Shown in pieces: positions 56,659 through 64,000 of a stretch of DNA of 64,000 nucleotides. The stretch comes from Salisapilia sapeloensis CBS 127946 (taxonomy: Eukaryota; Protista; Oomycota). Location: contig JAADVB010000025.1 of the NCBI GenBank assembly GCA_023334545.1, positions 1-64,000 of the forward strand, written 5' to 3'. The notes beneath the pieces are model-generated. The model searched no databases and was not told the origin of the DNA. It saw only the letters and a list, made by a program, of their open reading frames with translations. The number at the start of each line of letters is the position of its first letter. Position 1 is the stretch's first letter. The position numbers and the translations under genes were made by a program.

Positions 56659-57633
56659 TTAGAGTTCGAGCAGTACGTCTTGTAGAATATGTTTGCTCTC
56701 ATAGTCGATACGAAAGTCACAGACGGCATCAGCTCTTGTTGGACCGAGGTTCAGAATAGCGATCGGGATCTCCTGTTTCTTCGCGAGATTAATGAGTCGA
56801 TAGGCGGAGAAGACTTGCAACGAAGATCCGACGACGAGAAGACCGCTGGAATTCCGGACTGTGTCGAGAGATAGTTCACGCGTCGCGGACGGCACGTTTT
56901 CACCAAAGAAAACGACACGAGGCTTCATGACGCCGTGGCATTTATGACAATCGGGATAGACAAAGTCGTCGTAATTCCACTCGATCTCGACATCTCCGTC
57001 CGGATTGACACTGGAGGAGACGTCGCCAGCATCTTTCTCCGGGTTTAGGCTCGCCCAGTGCGCGACTTTCGGGTTCATGGACGCTAGTTCATCTTGATAG
57101 TCCTGTCGGTCGACGATATGACCGCAGGAAGTGCACTCGACTTCGTAGAGCGATCCGTGGAGCTCGACGACGTTGTCTGCGCCGCCTTTGGTGTGTAGAC
57201 GGTCTACGTTTTGCGTAATGACGGACGAGATGAGTGCATGTTCCGTCTGTAGCTTTGCAATGGCATTATGCGAGTCATTTGGTTCAGAGCGAAGGATACG
57301 AGGCCAGCCGAGGAAGCTACGTGCCCAATACCGCTGCCGATACGTATGGGCCGAGACGAACTAGCAGATGTGTTAGCTACTAGAGGTATCATAGAGCTAC
57401 TGTAATGATACCTCTTGAAACTGGATAGGCTTAAAGTCTTTATTGCGAACATAGACTCCGTTCGGACCTCTATAGTCCGGGATACCGGACTCGGTCGAGA
57501 TGCCAGCGCCAGTGAGCACCGTGGCTTGGCTGCCTGACGTTCGGAAGAATTGCAATAGCTTTTCAACACCTTCTTCGCGTCCTAGAGCTGCTACTGCCGT
57601 GGATGATACCTTGGGCGCTTCTCGACGCAACAT
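56659..57633 (-). CDS. SIRT4: NAD-dependent deacylase sirtuin, class II (SIRT4-like), 2 exons
   Basis: TGAGISTESGIPDYRGPNG, RQRYWARSFLGWP, ITQNVDRLHTKGG, VELHGS, Zn-finger CTSC...CHKC, KPRVVFFGENVP, LVVGSSLQVFSAYR, ILNLGPTRAD. Confidence 0.93.
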
Positions 57634-58144
57634 GCTGAATGATCGTCACGTAGGACAAGAGTACTTGTGTCGATCTACGATTGCTTGCTTCCGTTTCGAT
57701 TGGTGGATGGTATACAAATTCCAAGTGTAAGCGGAAGGAATAGGCAGCTTATGCTATCAGTCACTTATGGAGGTGATGTATGGTCGAGTAGACACTTGAC
57801 TGCCTCTCTGTAAGTAAGGCGTTTCCAGTCATCCTTTTAATCCATTCGCTCTCTACCAAGATAGTCCGAACGCAGTTTAACTATATTGGGACATCATGTG
57901 TGCAGTCGTCGTGTCTGTTGTAATGATTGTGCGATCTATCCGATAGCATTTACTCCGTCCTTCTCTCCCTCCTACACCTCTATCTCGTTGTCCTGTAAGC
58001 ATGCGAGTAGAAGCAAGAGATATACATAAACTCCTATTCATCGAATGACAAGAGCAAACGGATCGGAAGGACAGTACGTTGGTCGTAACTTCAACATCCG
58101 GCGCCATCGACCCAGAAAGGCGAAACGGCGATACGCGATCGGAG

Positions 58145-59449
58145 ATGTTCACTTCCCAATTTCCAGCGCGCATGGTGCAGGCCGCGACGAAACCCGTTTA
58201 CCTAAACACTTCACATGGCTCGATCGAAACGAGTGGTGTCTCGGATCCGGGTGTCCGTGGCGCTGTGAACCAAGACAAGTTCTTTATGCATTGCAACGCC
58301 GAGCTCCGAGCTGCTGTCATCGGTGTCTTTGACGGACACGGCAAAGAGCTCGGTGAAATCGCGGCCGAGACTGCTCGGCAATTCTTTCTCTCTCGCTTCG
58401 AATCATTCACATTAAATGAGTACAAGAGGTTGGAAGAACGACCGCAGCAGACTTTCTTCGACATGTATGAAGCATGTCATCATAAAATTAAAGTCGAATT
58501 GAAGCAGTACTATGAAAAGCAAGGGGTAGAAGTAAAGGAACATCAGCCAGAAGGCTATTTGCTGCGTAAGAGCGCGGCGAGTAATATGTATACGTGCGTC
58601 CGTGGCGGCACGACGGCGACAGTCGTGGTCATCCTAGATGGCGGACGGAAGATCATCGCTTCTAATGTCGGTGACTCGTCTGCTATCGTCGGCACCGATC
58701 GTTGTGTCTTTAAAAACGAAGACGTGATGGTACATCCATCGACATTGGATAACAATACCGAGGCACATGGCATGCAGGAAGACAACCAGAAAGCAGACTC
58801 GAGTCAAGCGCGCAAGTGGCTTTTGCTAGGAGGTGACCATGGTGCCGAAAGTGAGGCTGAATTCCGTCGCGTACGTCACCTGAAAGCTCCGAACGGTACC
58901 CCAGAGCTCCAATTCCTCTATGATTCCCTCACTTCGACCAGTCATCGCAAATCTATCTTCCGTGTCGATGAGTATGGACACGTCCGACGTTGTCCAGGCG
59001 GAAGTTACTACAAGAACGTCCGTGAGGAATGGGCGACAGTTGTCCACGCGCCATCTTCTGCTCCTTTTGGCGACAGCCTGGCGTTCACTAGATCACTTGG
59101 TGACTTTTACATGCACGCGTTCGGCATCACGTACGAGCCGACGGTCGTGGAGATGTCTATCGGTGATATTCTAGCAGATGCGAGTGGAGGTAACAATGAT
59201 ACGACGTCCGAGTATACTCTTGTCGTGGCATCCGATGGTGTGTGGGATAACTGGACGTATGGGAAGCTGAATGACTTCGTCCGGCAGAACATGAAGAAAG
59301 GAACTGACGACGGGTGTCCACGCCCGAAATTGGATCAACTAGTGAATAGTCTCTTGCGTCTCAATTTGCGTCGAGCGGAGCAGACGTTTGGAGCGAATGC
59401 AGACAACATGACTGCCGTTGTTTGCCGCGTTCGACTGGAAGAGCCGTAG
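58145..59449 (+). CDS. PPM/PP2C family Ser/Thr protein phosphatase
   Basis: NQDKF, VFDGHG, GGTTA, ASNVGDSSA, LAFTRSLGD, LVVASDGVWD, ADNMT. First ATG at 58145; the ORF is open from 58079. Confidence 0.9.
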   Translation: MFTSQFPARMVQAATKPVYLNTSHGSIETSGVSDPGVRGAVNQDKFFMHCNAELRAAVIGVFDGHGKELGEIAAETARQFFLSRFESFTLNEYKRLEERPQQTFFDMYEACHHKIKVELKQYYEKQGVEVKEHQPEGYLLRKSAASNMYTCVRGGTTATVVVILDGGRKIIASNVGDSSAIVGTDRCVFKNEDVMVHPSTLDNNTEAHGMQEDNQKADSSQARKWLLLGGDHGAESEAEFRRVRHLKAPNGTPELQFLYDSLTSTSHRKSIFRVDEYGHVRRCPGGSYYKNVREEWATVVHAPSSAPFGDSLAFTRSLGDFYMHAFGITYEPTVVEMSIGDILADASGGNNDTTSEYTLVVASDGVWDNWTYGKLNDFVRQNMKKGTDDGCPRPKLDQLVNSLLRLNLRRAEQTFGANADNMTAVVCRVRLEEP

Positions 59450-59547
59450 GGTGTGCATGTACGAGTGTCGTTAACTTTACAGTAAACATAGGTGATGTGT
59501 CTATCTTTTCGATTTTCTTTTTCTTTTCTTTCGCATTTGTGGACCAA

Positions 59548-61035
59548 ATGACAACCATGTTACGACGGAGTCTTCGGTATCGGCCTCGATTGCCACAGCG
59601 ATCGAGTGCACTGCGTACGCTTTCGTCAAGTGCTTCTAATACACCTAATTCGAATGGTAGAGTTTGCTAGTAAAAAGTTTTTGTAGTGCGAGACGTGTAA
59701 TGGACTGTGTGAGCTAGACTTTGAGTGGATGCGTAATAAGGACCCGGCGTGCAATGTGACCGAGTCGATCGTGTCCAAGATTGGCGTCAATCTGCATTTG
59801 CAACCGAATCATCCGTTGAATATCATCCGTGGCAAGATCTATGACTACTTTGAAGACCTCCATGCGCACCATAAGTACAATCTCATCCTCACTATGATCT
59901 TTATTCTTTACTAACTGAGCTTCTGTAGTGCCCCTCAGTTCACCATGTTCGATGACTTGAGTCCAGTGGTGTCAACGTACGACTGCTTTGACTCTATGCT
60001 CGTCCCGAAGGACCATGTGAGTCGCAAGTCCACGGACACGTACTATGTCGATCCGAACACGGTGCTTCGTGCCCACACAAGTGCGCATGAAGTCGAGAAG
60101 CTAAAGGCTGGATACAAATCTTTCCTCGTCACGGGAGACGTCTATCGTCGAGATGAGATCGATGCTAGCCACTATCCCGTCTTCCATCAAATGGAAGGCG
60201 TTCGTGTCTTCTCCGAAGTATGTCTTCCTTCGCCTTTTAGTCATATACATTCAGCTTACATGTGGATCTAGTTGGACAAGTCTCTCTCACGAGAAGAGAA
60301 GGCAAAGATCGTCGAAGAGGACTTGAAGCGGACGCTGGAAGGCATCGCTAAGAAACTATTTGGCGACGTCCAAATGCGATGGGTTGATGCCTACTTCCCA
60401 TTCACAGAACCATCGTTTGAGCTAGAGATTTTCTTTAATGTGCAATCCTTTTCGATCCTTATCGCATCAAGTACTGACTGTTGTGTAGGGCGACTGGCTC
60501 GAGGTGCTAGGCTCTGGCGTGTTGCAGCAGCAAATTGTTCGGAACTCGGGCAATGGCGAAGACGTTGCGTGGGCATTTGGAATGGGTCTCGAACGACTTG
60601 CTATGGTGCTCTTTGATATTCCTGACATTCGACTCTTCTGGTCGACGGACGAGCGATTCCTGTCGCAATTCAAGGACGGAGAGATTACCAAGTTTAAGCC
60701 TTACAGCAAGTATCCTGAATGCTACAAAGACATTAGTTTTTGGCATCCAGAAGACTTCCACGAGAACGACATGTTTGAAGTGGTGCGAGACGTAGCAGGG
60801 GATCTCGTGGAACAGGTGTCACTCATTGATGACTTCCGCCACCCGAAGACCCAGCGCCAGAGCAAGTGCTTCCGCATCACGTATAGACACATGGATCGAA
60901 ACCTCACGAACGATGAGGTGGATGAGTACCAGGTAAGACATTTCATTTGTATAAACGAGAGCATTGTACTGATAAAAAGAGTAGGAACAAGTACGAGCTG
61001 TTGCGGAGAAGAGACTTGGCGTCGAATTGCGCTAG
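59548..61035 (+). CDS. FARS2: Mitochondrial monomeric phenylalanyl-tRNA synthetase, multi-exon
   Basis: Arg/Ser-rich presequence, [78 protein letters not shown], and anticodon-binding domain [12 protein letters not shown]...[18 protein letters not shown]. Last exon ends TAG 61033-61035. Confidence 0.95.
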
Positions 61036-61235
61036 ATAGCAAAAGATGCTACTTGTTGGTAGTACGAAATAGACGCGCTTTAGCAGCTCAACTTGTTAAT
61101 TCTTTGTGTTCTCGTGTCTGTCAAATGGAGATTCGTTGAGAGGATTTGCAACCGTACAGGAGGATAAGATGAAACTCTTAAAACGATCGCTGCCAACTTC
61201 AGTGTCCAAGATTAGATACAATCAACTCGGTGTGC

Positions 61236-63731
61236 ATGAATGAGATGCAGGAGACTTCGAGTCGTGGCATTCAGACATGGAAGCTGCGAGCGAAGAAAGA
61301 GATCAAGGTATGGATTTATCATGATGATAATGGATGATGATAAAGATGGTTCTTGTAGGCGAATGAAGAGCTTGGAAAGCGATTAAAGGTATGCAAAAGT
61401 GAAATTGTAGGAAGGATCTCTGTGTTCTATCTTTGATGCGAATAGGAAACCAAATCGAAATTAAATGCTGAGAGGGCTCGGAACGTTGAGCTTACTCGAC
61501 AGTTAGAGGCATATCAAGCTAAGAATGTAGCTGCCAAGGCAGAACATCCAGAGTGTGCCAATTGCACAGTTCTACAGCAAGAGATCGAGAGACTGCACCA
61601 GGCTTATTATAATGCACATGAAGAGAAATCCAATCAAGAGGCAGAGGCGTCAGAGTTGACTATTGATGTTGCCAATGCGCTGGAGGAACAGAGAGCACCA
61701 GTTGCTGCTTCCGATTCTAATGATATAAACCTACATGAATCGATTCGACCAAGCACGGAATTCGTACTAGAAAATGTTCATTTGAAGGAGTCATTGAAGA
61801 AAGAGACTGGGGAATCGAAACGGCATGTGGAATCCAGCAACCAAAAGGTTATAGTTGATGCTGAAGACAACATCGTTGAGGACGAAACGAATACTACTCA
61901 TGACAAGCTTTTCGAATGTGCTGTTGCAGTCGTCACATCTACTCCAGTGTGTGAGGATCAAGACGCATTTGAAAGAGAAGACGTAGGTGGCAGTGGACAG
62001 CTTCGACGAACGCGCAGTCTTAATATTACCACAACGGGATCAGCATCGGCTGAGGATTATACCAATACAGCAAGACAAGCAACTTTCGACTCTAGGCCAG
62101 CCACAGAATTGTCAAACGTTAAGTCTGGTTGGTTTGAGAGCGTACGTCGTCGGCTATTTCGTCCATCGACTCCTAGTGGCACTTCCAAACCGAGCTTTGG
62201 CAGTAGCCCAACAACACCATCAGCGTCATCCAGCGCACGAGTGCGGGAGCATGTGCTCCAAACTTCACCCAAAATCATTTCTGCTTATCCAAAAGATGTG
62301 CTGTCAAGTAGCGATGAAGAGGGGTTAGCAGAGCTTTGCTTTCCTGTGCAACGAAGATCATTACCCAATCATATAGACTACTCCATGGATGCGTTGATGC
62401 GAAGTTTACAAGCTCGTCATCGAGGATATAGACATCCAGACAGCACATTTGTATTGACAATCGCATCGGCCGCTGATCCGAACAAGACCACATATGCCAT
62501 TTGTCTTCTCTGTCCATTGGAGCCAAAGGGAGACAAGAAAGACAACTCGCTCCTATGTCTGTGCCTCTTGAGCTCCTATCCTTTCTTTGACTTCTTCTCA
62601 AAGATCCTGTTTGGCACGGCATCTTTATGGCATCACCAACGCTCAAACTCAAACGTACCGAGGAAGAATGCCTTACCTAGAAGTCTATTACTGGATGCAT
62701 TTAGTAAACACTTTGAGTCCATCATGCAAAGGTTGGAGCAGATGAATGTGCCGAGCATGGGCAAATGGCGTCGCTTCCAGCTTTCACCAGACCTTCTTCC
62801 AGTCGCTTTTCACAGACAGCGTTGGAAAGATGAGGAAGAAGAGCGAAGGACACTTCTTTTGCATTATGGGACGCCGACTTTATTTGCCTTAATATCTATT
62901 GATCGAGTCCTCTTTTTATTAGGGTGCTTGTGCTGTGAGCGAAAGGTTCTATTAGTATCCTCTCACGTGAACACGGTGAGCGCTTGCGTTTTGGCTTTGG
63001 TCACGTTGCTTCATCCTTTAAAATGGGCAGGTCCTGTTATTCCTGTGTTACCACCTAGGATGGATGAGCTGCTGGAGGCGCCAGTTCCTTTGATTGCTGG
63101 AAGAGTTTTGCAAAATATAGTTTCGGGAGATACACGCTTAAGAACCAAACAGGCTGAGTCTTATCACGCAATAAGCGGTGTCGTGCAAATGTTTTTGGAT
63201 GAAGGGTCGATGGTCATTCATGAGGAGGATTTGCTGCATTGTCACGAAGATTTACTTCCTGAGTGTGATTCGTTGGCGGATGAGCTAGCACCTCTGTCCA
63301 TGAGACTACTGCGACGTGATGAATTCCAAGAAGACTTTCCAAACGTCACGGAAACAGAAGCAGCGAACGAGATTTGCCTTCGTATTCATACATACATGAA
63401 TGAAATGTGTACTCTTGCAGCAAGTCAGAGTCCAGTTGGGAAAGGAACAAAGGCATTGTCAACTATTAAGAGAAGGCGAGATTCTGCTGTGCGGGCAAAA
63501 CAGCTTCCAATTGCCGTAAATTCTCGTCGACGCAGTCAAATTGTTCAGAGCTACGTAGGAAAGTTGCAAAAAACGCAAATGTTTAGCATGTTTTCTGTCC
63601 AGACTTGTGATCAGGAAGGCTTGAATGCAGACTCTAGGTCATACGAAGATACAGATGATGAAGAAGATAGCGAGGTCGAGGGCGCAGAAAGCAGTATAGT
63701 GACACATTATGAAGGAGTAGTATGCACATAA
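61236..63731 (+). CDS. DENN-domain protein (Rab GEF family) with N-terminal coiled coil
   Basis: Two short upstream exons (from ATG 61236) splice into ORF 61656-63731. LAELCFP, FVLT...YAICL, LCLCLLSSYPFFDFFSKIL, ERKVLLVS, LLHPLKWAGPVIPVLP..LLEAPVPLIAG, LQKTQMFSMF. Confidence 0.85.
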
Positions 63732-63797
63732 GTATTAGGAGATAGCGTAAGGAGGTAATAGAAGATAGCTTCTTTTGCATTTACTCAAAAACCCTCT

Positions 63798-64000
63798 TTA
63801 CATTTTAGCTGAAGGATCATATCGTGGTAACATGGGCAGCTTCCTACATTCACGTTTTAGGTTGCAATTCGGGCAAATACGATACCGATGTGTCTTACTT
63901 GGCATGAAGTCGACGATTTCGGGTTACGGTTGGAACCAAGAAGTCGATGCGATTGTCATCCTCAGTTTCATCTTGCTGTTCTCTTTCCAGATGAGACTCG
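63798..64000 (-). CDS. 3' end of a gene running off the window edge
   Basis: Open frame ESHLEREQQDETEDDNRIDFLVPTVTRNRRLHA, donor GTAAGA, acceptor TGTAG, last exon KLPMLPRYDPSAKM-TAA. Confidence 0.5.

Noticed and set aside
27547-61035. Apparent cluster of tRNA/translation genes (tRNA-Tyr, TFIIIC, TrmO, ABCF1, RPS24, PheRS)
   Set aside because: They are spread over 33 kb among unrelated genes, and such housekeeping genes are common enough for chance co-occurrence. Only conserved synteny would revive the idea.
1-64000. CRISPR arrays, rRNA, transposase/RT genes, telomeric arrays, U12-type introns, RxLR/CRN effectors
   Set aside because: None seen. GTATCCT/ATATCCT matches I noticed lie in exons, on the wrong strand or in intergenic DNA, and the introns I could resolve are GT-AG. 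A by-eye scan can miss short or degenerate cases.

Overview
Gene-dense eukaryotic DNA, most likely from an oomycete or related stramenopile. This is an inference from the 7TM-TKL kinase fusion, the EGF/GPI surface protein and short 50-65 nt GT-AG introns. About 30 protein-coding genes are packed with mostly very short spacers. Recognisable ones are AP-4 sigma, Sen1/senataxin, a D-cysteine desulfhydrase/ACC-deaminase-like enzyme, WRNIP1, GPCR-TKL-DEP kinase, PH-FIG4, EAF6, Sec15, TFIIIC B-block subunit, TrmO, ABCF1, RPS24, two GOST/TMEM87-like paralogs, a double GILT, a triple calponin-homology protein, SIRT4, PP2C, mitochondrial PheRS and a DENN protein. There is one intron-containing tRNA-Tyr(GUA). 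I saw no CRISPR array, rRNA or recognisable transposase. The most notable items are a decayed, intron-retaining inverted duplicate of part of Sec15 that brackets the tRNA gene, a PH domain spliced in frame onto FIG4, and an alpha/beta hydrolase with Ser-to-Ala at the nucleophile plus a PDZ-like insertion. Also notable are a proteobacterial-looking PLP enzyme with introns, a small protein with an RVxF-like motif plus CaaX, and several internally duplicated architectures. All family assignments come from motif recognition by eye; no database search was run.
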